This document shows positions 12,544 to 25,081 of a DNA stretch of 64,000 nucleotides, in pieces (within the stretch, counting starts at the first letter, position 1; each line of letters begins with the position of its first letter). Under the pieces are notes generated by a model. The model did not search any database, was not told the DNA's origin, and saw only the letters and a program-made list of their open reading frames with translations. The stretch lies in assembly GCA_030265395.1 (NCBI GenBank), contig JARFYF010000057.1, positions 15,316,835 to 15,380,834 of the forward strand. Reading direction: 5' to 3'. The DNA is from Rhina ancylostomus (taxonomy: Eukaryota). A program made the position numbers and the translations under genes.

Positions 12544-12675
12544 ATGGTCGTCTTGGAGACATCTTTCATGCTCATCAGTGGGTCAGAGCTGTCTGGAGAC
12601 CGGAGGATACACGGAGCAAAGACAATCGCTAGAGCATTGGGAGACATTCGATTCATCTCTTCCAACACTGCCACC
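12544..12675 (-). CDS. MYO9B: MYO9B RhoGAP exon
   Basis: gttttcag| [28 protein letters not shown]...KDVSKTT AT|gtgagt. Confidence 0.95.
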
Positions 12676-13452
12676 CTGAAAACAAGAGCACCATATCACA
12701 CGGGGACCACATTCCCAACAGTACAACACCAGTGAGATCAGAGGTCAGAGCCTGACCAGAAGTAACCGAGTTTACTGGTGGTCTATACAATCACCACCTC
12801 CATTCATAAGGTCTCTCTTGTACAGAAAACTCTTCCCAAGCCGTCCAAGTCACCCCTATCAACCTGGCACACTGGTGGAACTGGGTCTGGATGTCTTGCA
12901 TGGATTGAGTCAAGGCCACACATCTCCCAAAATGGACAAAACATTAAAATAACAACACCCACCCACGATAATTGTCACCTTTCTGGTGGGGAGATGAGCG
13001 GAGTCTGGGATCCCATGTGGTGTACACTGAGAGTTCCAGAGGGCCAATCATACAAGAAATCATGGATGGAGCTCTCATCCCCCCCTCACTGAGAATGTAA
13101 CCCTTCCCCTCAGAAGTGTGAACCTCTGCTCCCACCCAAGAATATGTCCCCATCCCCAGAATCATTTGAATTCTGCTCCTTCCCCACCACTTTACCAACC
13201 CAGTAGGTTCTCTATCCCACTTACACAATCTCATTGAACCTTCCTCCACCTCAGGCTCCTCCAGCACGAAAAGTCTCACTGTACTGCACCTCTGCCGCCC
13301 CCCCACTCCTGTCCTTCTCTTTCCCTCAGGAACCAGGAGAAGGCTAAGTCACAATTCAGTGTTTACAGAATATCAGCAAGGGCAGTGGTTTCAAACACCC
13401 GTAGCTGTTTCACCAGACCCTCCCCTCCACCTCTTTCAAGTGACCTACTTAC

Positions 13453-13558
13453 TTGACCAGGTGGAAGATGAGGCGTTCAAGAGTATGGAAGATGTGGCCG
13501 GGCAGTTGCTCAAGGACACTGTAAACTGCTTGGATCTGCTCTTGCCTCCCCGGGTGTT
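13453..13558 (-). CDS. MYO9B: MYO9B RhoGAP exon
   Basis: tctttcag| (E)HPGRQEQIQAVYSVLEQLPGHIFHTLERLIFHLV AA|gtaagt. Confidence 0.95.
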
Positions 13559-13569
13559 CTGAAAGAAAG

Positions 13570-14440
13570 AAGTGCAGGAGTGTGGAGACGATTCACTCAG
13601 ATGCAAAGAATAAGGAGAGTTAAACTAAATGGGAAGCTTCAAAAGAGGCTGAAGAGGTGGGGGTGGGGCTGGGGCTGGTTAATGATGCAACTACACATCT
13701 TTTAAAATGGAAGGAGAGATTAACGAAATACTGGGGAAACAGGAATTAAAGACAAAAAACTGTTGCTTATATCAGTCACTGCTTAGGTCCCAGGAAAGTT
13801 GCAATTCTGGCCTCCTTATTGTAGGAAGGATGCAAAGGTGTGGGATCGGCTATGGATACTGGCTAGAACAGCTTCAAGGTTGCATAATAATCACTGGGTG
13901 GTAGAACAGGGTCATGGGCAGGAAACCTTCTGTTCCTAGGCAAGTCACTATTGAAACTGCAATCCCCACCCTTTCTAGCAAAGAACAATGGGCTGAATGA
14001 CCTTGTGTGCTGAATAATGCTGTGAATCAATGATATTACCACTGTACAGCCAATCCCTGCAATCATTGGTTCAGCTCCATCTGGAACACAGGGCAAATTC
14101 GGGGCCCAACACCCTGGGAAGGACACCAAGGCCACGCAAGAGTAGACAGGAGATTAACTGAAACAGTGTTAGGGATGAGTGACATCAGTTTGGCAGAGAG
14201 ACTGGAGAAGCTGGGATTGTTCTTGGAGCTGAGAAAGTGAAGAGGAGATTTGATTAGAGGTGTTTAAGACCAAGCAAGACTTTTATAAAACAAATTAAGA
14301 GAAACCATTTCCTGTGGCAGGACCGATGAGCAGAGGGACATGGATTGATATTCATTCGCAAAGTAATCAGAGAGCGAGGAGGAAACATTTTCCTTTACAT
14401 CCAGTTGTTCTAATCTGGAACAATGCTTGAAAATGTGAAT
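13570..14440 (+). mobile_element. Cluster of CR1-like fragments
   Basis: gagagactggagaagctgggattgttcttggagctgagaaagtgaagaggagatttgattagaggtgttt is the typical CR1 ORF2 C-terminal region. Confidence 0.65.
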
Positions 14441-15960
14441 TCTTGAAACTGATTTGTTACGCTATGCAAGAGCTCCTTCACGGACTAAAATTTCTAGTAG
14501 TTATCAGCTGTAGACTGTCGTACACCAAAAAATATGCTCTTTGTGAAACTTTGTGGTTTTAAGCACAATGAAAATGGCACACTCCATTGTTGTGTGCTTC
14601 CCTTCTTCATTTCAATGAAACAAAGGCAGCAAGCTATTTCTGTTTTGCTTTGCCTTTTCAATTCAACTATCATACATCTGACATTGATTTACTACTTGCA
14701 CCGACAATAGAAGTCCTGATCAGGAAGTCTGAATCACAGGAAGTTTAAACCACAGAATTCAGAAGATTGTTCCTCCAGTTCTCTCAAGTCCTTTGGTTAT
14801 TCATCTGTACTCAGCTACTGGCCAGTTAAAATAGGATAACTCTGCAAAAATGTCCACATCTCATTTTCTGTTCACTGTTGCCAACAGTACAGAAACCCAG
14901 TTATTTTCTAGTTCCATACTAATGATGTTCCAATATTAGGAGTTAATATTCAATGCGTTACTGAAAGTTCTCCAAAGCAAACAAACCAGATTCACCAATG
15001 ATTCATCTCATCTGCTATTCATAAGGTCTTTTTGTATACACATCCCATTCTCAGTAAAAAAAAAAGCACAAATTTTACTTTTCATTATTCATATAATCTA
15101 TGATTGGAAGTGTTTACAATCAGATTAGTATTCAGACCTAGGACTAATAATTTCAAGACAAATTCATTTGGCTTCTGTCAGCTGGGACTATTAACTCAGT
15201 TAATCAAGTAATATGGAAATGAAAAAGAAATGAGCATCAGCAATACCATCATGGAACTACAGGACTTTTAGTGAGATCCTACTTCTTTATGTCCTTTAAC
15301 TTGCTATTCATACTTACAGGTGACTCCAAACCAGAAGCACTGAATTTGACATTTAACTGAATTCTGAAGTAGCCTGGCAAGCCACTCTGTTCAAGGGCAG
15401 TTTGGGATGGTTGATAAATGCTGACCTTGCCAACAATTCCCACATCTAAAGAATGATTTTTATTTTAATTAGATGTGGCTGTCACTTGCAGGGTTTGTTT
15501 ATTGTCCATCCATAATTGTTCAACTGGAAGTCAGCTGCCTTCTTAAATCACCACTGTTGGTGTGGTGAAGATAGTCCAGTGCTCTTGGGAAAGAGTTGCA
15601 GGATTTTGTCAAGATCATCAGTATCAGGGTGGTCTGTGTCTTAGAGGGTAATCTAGAAGATGGTGGTGAACCCACGTGCCTAAATTTTCCCCTGGCTGAG
15701 AGGTTTAGATTCATGCATCGTAGTCTCTGGATATGCAGCAGGACATTTGAGGCAGAGGCAAGGAAGAATTTTCTCTACTCAAAAGGTGGTGAACTTGTGG
15801 AATTCCCTGCCTTGTCTTTGGCACCCACATGCAGGGCCCCACCATCAATGAGGATGGCATGTTCTTGGAGCCTCCTCCTGCAGTTTTCTGTTCAGCTGTC
15901 TGGCATCATTCATAACTAAATTGGATCTGTTGATTGGGAGATTGCTCAGCTGAGCTATGT

Positions 15961-16759
15961 TGCTATGTTGGCGCCAGAAGTGCGGTGACACTTGCGGGCT
16001 GCCCCCAGCACACAATGCAAAAAGATGCATTTCACTGTGTGTTTCGATGTACATGTGACTGATAAAGATATCTTATGGGAGAATTAAGGGATTGATGAGG
16101 TTAGTGCAGGAAGAGACACAGATAAATCTCAAGCATTCTATTCTTGCTGTTCAGCACATATGCATTGCAGCTTCACCAGTCTGGCATCTCATTATTTTTT
16201 TTGTTAGGTATGCCAGGTGGATAGGAGAAGGAAGTTATATTGCCAGGAAGGAGGGCACTTAAATAAGCATGTTTAGTGAAAGCTGGCCACATCAAATATA
16301 ACTTTGGATTCTACTGTTTCTCTCTACTAAAATACTTTAGCTGCAAAGAGAAATCTTAGCCGTGATTTTTTTCTAGCTTTACAATATAATGGTATTAGCT
16401 CCTACCGATGACCATTTCATTCTATTTCTTTTGCTATCTGGCTCAACTGATCTATTACAGCTTGATCTGTTATCCACCATGCTTCACCTTTGTCTTATTA
16501 TTCCTTAACACAAAAACATAAGAAAATAGATGCAGGAATAGGCCATTCCACCTTTGTGCCTGTTCCTCCACTCAGTAAGATCATGCTTGAGATTGACCTG
16601 TGTCTCTTCCTGCACTAACCTCACCAATCCCTTAATTCTCCCAGTGAGATATCTTTATCAGTCACATGTACATCGAAACACACAGTGAAATGCATCTTTT
16701 TGCATTATGTACTGGTGGCAGCTTGCAAGTGTCACCACGCTTCCAGCGCCAACATAGCA
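15961..16759. repeat. About 176-bp inverted repeat (arms 15961-16136 and 16583-16759)
   Basis: Manual alignment: about 14 differences, with a 60-nt perfect core aatgcaaaaagatg...gataaagatatct. Confidence 0.92.
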
Positions 16760-16801
16760 TGCCCACAACTTCCTAACCCGTACGTCTTTGGAATGTGGGA
16801 G
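16645..16801 (-). mobile_element. SINE fragment (V-SINE-like core plus LINE-type tail), cut by N-gap
   Basis: ctcccacattccaaagacgtacgggttagg core on - resembles the SINE at 37390-37715. Confidence 0.7.
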
Positions 16802-17024
16802 NNNNNNNNNNNNNNNNNNNNNNNNNNNNNNNNNNNNNNNNNNNNNNNNNNNNNNNNNNNNNNNNNNNNNNNNNNNNNNNNNNNNNNNNNNNNNNNNNNN
16901 NGAACAGGAATAGTGGGAATAATTAGAGAGCTCTTTCAAAGAGCCAGCAGAAGTATATTGACCCCCTTCAATGATTCATGTCTCAAACCTATGAAATACC
17001 CAAAGATAAGCTGCTGTGACTCAC

Positions 17025-17153
17025 CAATAGCACGCAAGAAGTCACTATACAGGACATAGGTCATTAGTGGTACTGGAAGTTCCCGGAGCCACAGTTTAAG
17101 CACCCCTGTAATGGCATGAATGTGATACTTCTCCAGATGAACTGAACCTGGGT
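17025..17153 (-). CDS. MYO9B: MYO9B RhoGAP exon
   Basis: tttctcag| (D)[31 protein letters not shown]...FLRAI G|gtgagt. Confidence 0.95.
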
Positions 17154-18089
17154 CTGAGAAACACAGTAACAAACACATTTCATTCGGAGATAGCAGTCTG
17201 CATGGGTTGAGTATAAAGCTCCCTCTGTGGTGTCCCATTAAATACTCCCAGGTCAAGGACAGCACCCTTGCAGAGATATGGGGGTTGGCATGGACCAATT
17301 GGGCTGAAGGGCCTGTTTCCATGCTGTATGACTGGTCATAGGACACCCTCATTAGTCTGCTCCTAAGCCTGGCAGGTCATGGCAGTGTACTGTCAGGGGT
17401 TCTGTCTTTCCCAACTGCCTACCCTTCTTCTGAGACCGCACTCGTGCCTGGGACTCCCTAAAGAGGGAGCATGTAGTGTGCTCTGGTTCTTCGAAGGCCT
17501 TCTTCCACTCATCACTGCAGTGCTAGAGTGCACCCTGCACACTGAGGAAAATATTTTAAATTTTCATTATTCTTTAAATAAAGTTATTTTAAAACAAATA
17601 ACCCCTACAGGACACTAACAAAATGATAGCCAAAAACAAAAGAATTGAAATAAAGCTTTCTCTATACTGCCCCATTAAATACTCCCAGGGCAGAGGAAGC
17701 ACAACAATAGCTTCACTTCTCTCCTTTTAATGTAGCACAACATCCCAAGACCTTCATAGGAATGTTATCAAAAATAAAATGAATGGCTTTAGGACATTTT
17801 AGAACAGGTAACCAACATCTAGCATTACAGTATGACAGAGAGGGGCAGAGAGAATTCAGGAAGGGGATTCCAGAGTTAAGGGGCCTCCAGAGTTAAGGGG
17901 CCAGACAGCTAGGGGCACATCCACCGTGTTGGAGCACTAAATTCATGGTGGATTAAGGCAGCAGAATTAAATAGAATAGGTTCCTCCCACTCCATGGCTC
18001 AGGGTCACGCCCTGACCCACAGTGTGGGTGTCTCTCTATTTTCACGCAGCTAGGTTGACAGAGGTAACGGTCTGAGGACCTGGACCCAC

Positions 18090-18282
18090 CCTCTTCCAGC
18101 TGCTGCCGTAATTCCTTCATCTTGTTGGCTGCGCCTGACTTGCGGTAAATTCCCTCTGTGAACAGCCCATGCATTTCCACGTATTCCAACAGCTTCTCCA
18201 TCACCACAGGCAGCGTCTGGTTCTCGTCCGTCAGTGCACAAACCTGCACCCCAAAATGTCGCGACACCACATCTGCATCGTT
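18090..18282 (-). CDS. MYO9B: MYO9B RhoGAP exon with arginine finger
   Basis: gttgacag| [12 protein letters not shown]...[23 protein letters not shown]|gtgggt; catalytic Arg motif intact. Confidence 0.95.
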
Positions 18283-18753
18283 CTGTCAACAGGGAGACAA
18301 CAATGGGTGAGACTGGTGCATCCAGAGTGTGCGGTGGATTGCTGGCACAGTAGAATGTCATATGAACAATGGCAGAGCTGTGTCACGGAAGGGGAACCTG
18401 GGAAGGGACGGTGTCTTGACCAAGTGGGGTGGAGTGGGCAGGAGGAGGGTGGAATGGATGGTAGGAGGGTGGAGAAACAGTCAGGAACCACTGAAACATG
18501 CAAGGGTTGGTGGGTGCTAATGGAGTGAAGCAGTATGTGCTGGTGTGGGAGTCTGTTTTCCCAGTGAGGGCATGCAGAGCAGTGCAGGGTTGGGTGGTAA
18601 CTGGTGAGGGGTGTGTAGTTCCGTTTGGGGCTCCAGCATAATGGTGCAGTGCTTTGTGGTGCCAGCTGAATGCAGAATGGCATGGAATCCTGCAATCTCC
18701 AGGGTGGTCTGTACATCTCTATCAGCCTAACACATCCACCGTGAAACTCTCAC

Positions 18754-18824
18754 CTTGTTACAGCCCGATTGACAGGAATGTTGAATTTTCGTCAAGCACC
18801 TCTTGTGACAGGTCATCTTGCAGG
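18754..18824 (-). CDS. MYO9B: MYO9B C1 zinc-finger exon, second half
   Basis: gttctcag| (S)CKMTCHKRCLTKIQHSCQSGCNK |gtgaga. Confidence 0.93.
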
Positions 18825-19413
18825 CTGAGAACATAAAGGAAACAGGCAGTTTAGCAGGTCCAGTCTCCATTCACAATCAAATTCTGCCTGGTTCCTCCAA
18901 AACAAAATCTTCACATGAAACTTAAACAGCTCAAGATGGAAGATTCTTTTGTCAATCATCTTGATTTAACCTTCTACCCAACAGAGATATAATTCCAAAT
19001 GAACATTGACACCACAGCCAGCAAGTTAATAGAGTTGTGACGGAAGGCCACAGACCCAAAACTTTGACTGTTTCCTGATTTGCTAAGACTTATTAGCATT
19101 TTCTGATTTGTTTCAGATTTCCAGCATTTGCAGTTTTGTTTTATTGTTAGTAGACTTGTCCAATAATTTACAGGAAAGGGAGTCTTCATGTCAGTGGAGA
19201 GTGGTGTTAAATGGGAGGAGGTTCTGTCATAACTTTCACAGGAAAACTCTTGAGTGCACAGGAGAGTTACAGAGCGCAAACAACGTGCAGAAAATCATCC
19301 CCAGTAGCTGAAACCAATGAGTGAGGGNNNNNNNNNNTGCCCCTCTCCCCCAAAACTGGGTTCCTTCATTGATTCTGGGCCAAAGCCAATCCTGATCCTT
19401 TGTGGAAACTTAC

Positions 19414-19525
19414 AGCAGCAGAGCAAGGCCTTCTCCATAGGCCAGATGTAGGACGAACACTGCTCACACGACTGCCGGATGTTGACCTGGTAATTGCGGA
19501 ACATGTGCCCAAAAACCTCCTCCTT
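19414..19525 (-). CDS. MYO9B: MYO9B C1 zinc-finger exon, first half
   Basis: ctttcag| [38 protein letters not shown]|gtaagt. Confidence 0.93.
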
Positions 19526-20081
19526 CTGAAAGATTAAATTCAGCAAGTCACGATCCCTTGGTCAGGAAACAGATGGCACTCTTCAAAGTGGTGCCCCCTT
19601 CAAAAAGCCACAGGGCACCTCCTCCACAGTGCCCACAGGGGACACACTCCTCCCACCCACCAAAGCAGCAGCCAGAAGGGCACACTCCCCCCACCCCCCA
19701 ACTCTCCTGCATGTAGCAGTGTGGGGGCACATTCCTTTACATTGTTACCATGACCAGAGGATCAGCTAACCATGACCACTGCCGTCTCCCCCAGCCCTTC
19801 CCACTGCCAACTGTGGGATGTCCAGAATGACTGTACAAATAGACCCAACTCTTCAGACACATCAGGTTAAGATCTTTCGGTTACTGTGGGTCTTTGTTCT
19901 GAGAAGTATTGACATCAATGTTCCACTGAACACTCAAGAACCAGAGGCTAAAAGGTACTCTGAGGTCCCAAGCTTACACGACATTATAAAGAACTAAGTA
20001 CTGGACCAGAGCACTTGGTTGATGCAGGCCGACAGTCTCAAAGCAGGTCAGAGAAAGGAGGAATTCTGATCCAAAACTTAC

Positions 20082-20123
20082 AATTCGATTGCGTTTCCGC
20101 CTCTTCTTCTGGGATTTTGTTGG
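20082..20123 (-). CDS. MYO9B: MYO9B 42-nt basic exon
   Basis: cctttcag| PTKSQKKRRKRNRI |gtaagt. Confidence 0.9.
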
Positions 20124-20534
20124 CTGAAAGGAAGGAAATAAGGTCAACATTGCAAAATAGCTCATCACCTCCCACTCTCCTTCCGCAGATCAAACCAAGG
20201 TGCAGCTCAGCTCCTTCTCCCCTTCTTAGTTCACTATCTCTCCATCCCCCCCACCCATCAAAAAATCCATTGACGTCCGTCCTAAAAGCTCCCATTGACC
20301 TCTAACATCTGGGGAGAGACTCAGAATTGTGGTGTGTGAAGAAGAGCTTCCCGACTCCTGAACTCTCATTTTACGGTGCTGCTTATTTCATACTCATCAT
20401 CAAAAATAGTTTCTGCCCGCTCTGGCAAATTTCTTTTTCCATCATAAACACCCCAGTCAGATCACTCCTCAATCCAACTAACTCAGGCGAACACAAGGAA
20501 AGGTTTAGGTAACAGGGAAAGTTTATATTTCCTT

Positions 20535-21480
20535 ACTCAGTTTTCAGGTTATGGGCACTGCTGGAAAAAGCAACATTTAGTCCACCTTTAGTTGCCCTCT
20601 GGAAGGTGGTGGTGATCTACCTCTGAACTGCTGCTGTTTTGCTGGGCAGGGAGTTTGATGATTTGGACCTAACGACTATGAACATTTCCAAGTCAGGATG
20701 GTGTACAAATAGGAAGGGAATCTGCAGGTTGCAGGTGGAATTTCCATGTGCTAACTGTACTTGTCTTAATGTACTGTACTGTACTTATGGTAGAGGCTGT
20801 AAGTTTGGGAAACACTGCCAGAGTAGCCTAGGTGAGTAACTGCATTGCATTATAGATGCAATATGTAGCAGTCAAGGTGGGGGTATAAATGAAGGATGAT
20901 GGATGAGATACCCATCAAGAGGACAGTTTTGTCTGGATGTTCTTGAGTGTTGTTTGAGCTGCACTCATCCAGGTAGGTTAAGAGTATTTCTTCATACTCT
21001 TGAATTTGCCTTGTAGATGGTAGAGAGGATGGATTCTTGCTGTAGATGGTTATTGCTTGGCACTTGTTTGGGATGGGGATAGTAAGCAGCAAATGAGAAC
21101 TGTGCCTCAGAAATGCCAGACAATGGCAATCTCAATCAAGAGTCCAACAACTTTGCCCTTGGCTTTCAACAGCATTATCATTTCCCCTCTCATTAACCTC
21201 TTGGAAGCTGGGTTAATATTCTCCAGAAACTGCCACAAAATGAATCTTCCTTCATCTCACTGTCAAATTTCAGATCATAACATACTGTTATCTATTATCA
21301 GTATACCTCATTACCATTACTGCTGTCACTAGAACCAATTTTCCCTTCTCTGTGCTATCCCTGTTTATGCAAACTTTTCTCATCTTGCCTGAATACATTT
21401 TACTAATTTTAAACACCTCAGCTGAATGTCTTCTATACTTTTTTCCAAGAACAACTGCGGCTTTTAAGGTCTCACCATGC
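20535..21480 (-). mobile_element. Degenerate LINE fragments
   Basis: Reverse complement of the tail family seen at 590-1250; no intact ORF. Confidence 0.5.
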
Positions 21481-21562
21481 AAATAAAGTACCTCACCCCT
21501 GGGGACTGCCCCACCCCCTCTCAGCCTGTGATAACCTCTCCAAGAATGATGCCCAGATTTAC

Positions 21563-21739
21563 TTTCAGTGCCTCCATCTCCTCCTTCCTGGAATAGCCTC
21601 GGGCAAACTCGTCCAGGAGCGACTGGAAGAGGTTCAGCACAAACTGAAACTCAGTCTTCTGCCTCTCGCCCACCACCCTGGCCAGGAGCATCTGGTAATT
21701 CTGCATCAGATCCCTGTAGCCCACGTGGGTTTGTCCATT
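21563..21739 (-). CDS. MYO9B: MYO9B tail exon
   Basis: tctccag| NGQTHVGYRDLMQNYQ...VLNLFQSLLDEFARGY...ALK |gtaaat. Confidence 0.93.
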
Positions 21740-22455
21740 CTGGAGACAGACAGCAAGGTATGATGGACAGTGGGAGAAAATAAAAGACAAGATTAATTTG
21801 TTGCTTCAAACCGTTGATACTGGGTTCACTGGCTACCTGCCAGGAAGTGAATCTCCACTGCACCAGTCTGTGCAGATCCCACAATGTGTCTACCAGCTGA
21901 GGAGTGTGGAACAGCGCAGGATAACGATAGGGTGCACTGGGTTTAGATGGCCAGCAACATTCACCATCCAGCAATTGGTCAGTGCAGGTGAAACCTGTAC
22001 CCTGGCAACAGTCAACATCTGTGGGACCCATACCCCTGGAGATGGTCTGTGCCCAGGGTTGGCAGGTGAATTGGCCACCGTAAGTTGCTGCTCGTGTACA
22101 AGGGATTTGTAGGAGCTGATGGAAATATGGGGAGAATAAAATGGGATTTGTGCAGATCAGTGTGGATGACCATTGCTGACTCAGTGGGATGACAGGTTTG
22201 TTTCGGTGCATTACCGTGACCTGGATGAGTCACCGCCCACACCCCAGTGAGTTGGTGTTTGTGGGACCTGGTCTGTTTGAGAATCAGCATCTGATCTGTA
22301 TCCCAGTGAGATATTGCATCTATGCATGCCAGACACCTGTGTCGTTAAGTTCTCTGGGGATCCTATACCAATGTTTACCCGCCATCTGAATGATAACTCG
22401 ACCCTCACTAATAAGGCCAGCAGATCAGAGGGAGAAAATTGGCGACGGTACTCAC

Positions 22456-22563
22456 ATGGACAGGGTACATGCTTTTGAGGGTGTGTCGGAATTTCTCAGT
22501 CACATTGATGAATAAAGTCTCAATGTTCGATTCCTGGGAAACTCGAGAGCTGAGGTCATTTAC
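22456..22563 (-). CDS. MYO9B: MYO9B tail exon
   Basis: ttgccag| VNDLSSRVSQESNIETLFINVTEKFRHTLKSMYPVH |gtgagt. Confidence 0.92.
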
Positions 22564-23010
22564 CTGGCAACAAAGTATTTTAGTCATCATGGGGTTCAAG
22601 GCACATTGCATCATCACTGACAAGGTCAGGGGGAGAGAGANNNNNNNNNNNNNNNNNNNNNNNNNNNNNNNNNNNNNNNNNNNNNNNNNNNNNNNNNNNN
22701 NNNNNNNNNNNNNNNNAAAAGACACCGAGACAGAAACTGGAGAGATCTCGGGGATATTTGGGGAAAAAGAGCGAGCAAGAGTGGGTGAGAGGGAGAGGGA
22801 AGGGAAGTGGGCAAGAGCATGTGCAGGGAGAGAATGATGGGGGAGGGTCCATAGAGGGGGTGAGAGCAGGGGGGCTGCATGAGGGACAATCGGAATGTGG
22901 AGGAGAGAGTGAGGAGCAGATGAGGTAGAAAGCCCTCATGGAGAGGCTACTGATGGGACACGAGGCTAATTCACCTGCTGTGGACCAGCCATCAGCAGCT
23001 GCCGGCTCAC

Positions 23011-23228
23011 CTTGTTCAACAAGAATTCATCCAGATGTTTTAGCTCATTGGCGTTGGTGATTTTACGGCCCACGTGCGCACCCCATTGCTCAGACGCAGT
23101 GGTGGCATTGCTGATTTTAATGCTGCGGCTCCGCTTGACTTTAGTGGTCTGTTCTTTGGCCGAGTCCATGTATGGGTGTTGGGTGGAATGAGCCATCGGT
23201 AGAGTGGCAGATTTCCCCACCTCTGGTT
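23011..23228 (-). CDS. MYO9B: MYO9B tail exon
   Basis: ctttgcag| ...SEQW...RKITNANELKHLDEFLLNK |gtgagc. Confidence 0.92.
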
Positions 23229-23719
23229 CTGCAAAGAGAAAGCCCACCATTTTCACCAGGAACATTTCAATCCTGGGAAAGCACATTTCCCATCAACAAC
23301 ATCACAACCTTTGGTGTCCATTTGCAATTTGTACCAGAGAGTGATCTTGCTGTTCCACAGCCCAGTTAAAAGAGCCTGGAGCTGTCCTGAGGGCAGGTGT
23401 CAATGACAGTGGGTGTCATTGCTCTCACTTAATTCCTCACTCTCTGACTAGTCAGCAAGTGCCAAGTCTGGTACTTCACATCCCCACACTGATCAGAGTT
23501 ACTCTTAGCATGGTGGGAGGGAGCAGTTTTCCTGTGAAAGTTCCTGAATTTCACTGTCTTCGTGAATTTTGCATCCTGTGCTAGAGCACTTTTTTAAGAA
23601 AATGATAGCAGCTTCAGAAGGAGATGAAAGCAAATCTGTTGAAGAGGACGGAGATTTTAATGCCACCGAGAGGGGGAAAGGGAGAAATAGAAGCAGAGCG
23701 GTCTGAAGTCAGAATAGTT

Positions 23720-23895
23720 AGATCTAGAGCATAAGCAAACTGCTGGAGGAGCTCGGCGGGTGAGGCAGCATCTGTAGAGGGAAATGGGCAGTCAAAATTT
23801 AGGATTGAGACTCTTCATCTAGGGTCACTGTTCCTCCAGCAGTTTGTTTTATTTTGCTCCAGATTCCAGCATCTGCAGTCTCTTGTGTTTCCTAA
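23720..23895. mobile_element. Penelope-like terminal-repeat remnant
   Basis: ctgctggaggagctcggcgggtgaggcagcatctg...ttcctccagcag...ccagcatctgcagtc; related copies at about 12325-12395 and 34175-34275; family assignment from recall. Confidence 0.5.
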
Positions 23896-24249
23896 TTAGA
23901 CAGAGTTTGGATAGAGAGGTATTGATTGGTGGAAAGGTGATCAAGATAAAGATGACCCCTGGGCAGACATCCCCTCTTTGCAAATTGAGGCAGTGACTAC
24001 AAAAGCAAAAGGTGATACACTAATCATTTCCCAATGCTAGCCAAAGTGTTGCACACAACTCTGAGCACAGAAGTTGTGAAAATGTCAAGGCCTTGAAGAG
24101 AATGGAGAGGAGATTTACTAGACTTTACAAGCAGGAGCATGTTCAAAACACAAGTGGTGTTAATGAAACAAGGTGAGAATAATTGGCAAGTGGATCAGTA
24201 GCCAGAAATTTCAAGTAGTTGCTGGAATGAGAGAGGAAATGTGGAGAGA

Positions 24250-24660
24250 TATTGGTAATTGGTTTATTATTGTCACATAGTCATATCAGAGTTATACAGC
24301 ACAAACACAGGCCCTTTGGCCCAACTTGTCTGTGATGGCCAAAATGTTCACCCCATCTAGTTCTGTTCTCTGTGTTTGGCCCATATCTCTCTAAACCTTT
24401 TCTATCCATGTATCAAGGTACAGTGAAAAACTTTTGTTTTGCATGCCATCCATATAGATCATTTCATCACACTGAGGTAGTACAAGGGAAAAGCAATAAC
24501 AGAATGCAGAATACAGTATTACAGTTACAAAGTGCAGTGTAAGCAGACAATAAGGTGCAAGGCCACATCAAGGTAGATTGAGAGGTCAAGAGTCCATCTT
24601 ATCGTACAGGAGGTCCATTTAATAGTTTTCTACCCCATGTTCAACAGTGGGATAGAAGTG
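24250..24660 (-). mobile_element. LINE 3' end with a CR1-type tail nested inside (about 24277-24412)
   Basis: Reverse complement of the element at 47300-47545, interrupted by tagtcatatcagagttatacagcacaaacacaggccctttggccc... Confidence 0.7.
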
Positions 24661-24944
24661 GGATACTTTTTCCTCAGAGGGTGTTTAAAATCAGATATGC
24701 CTTCTACTGGAACTTTCAAGAGGCAAATGAAGATGACTGATTCACACAGTGATGAGGGAAGCGATTAATCAGATAGCTCTGCTAAAAAGTAGGGAGAGGT
24801 GTGATGGGCTCAATGGCCTTGCTCCACGTGATCCTCTGATAATGAATCAGAGAACAGTGGGTAGAATGGGACTGATGGGCTGAACGGCCTTTGCTCACTA
24901 CATTCCTCAGGGACATTCTCGACAATGCAGATGAGGATACTCAC

Positions 24945-25081
24945 TGTCACCAAAGTTCTTCATTGCATCATTGGTCAAAGTGAGAGCAACGCTCTCCAGT
25001 GTTGCTGGTGCCTCCTTGGACAGCTTTTTGTCAGCTTGCCGCTTCCCCAAGAGCCTCCGTAACGGACCACGAAACTGGGAC
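24945..25081 (-). CDS. MYO9B: MYO9B tail exon (not in ORF track)
   Basis: ccctgcccag| SQFRGPLRRLLGKRQADKKLSKEAPATLE...NFGD A|gtgagt; phases 2/1 fit neighbours. Confidence 0.82.

Noticed and set aside
17869-17902. Perfect 17-bp tandem duplication tccagagttaaggggcc
   Set aside because: Ordinary slippage duplication inside a repeat fragment
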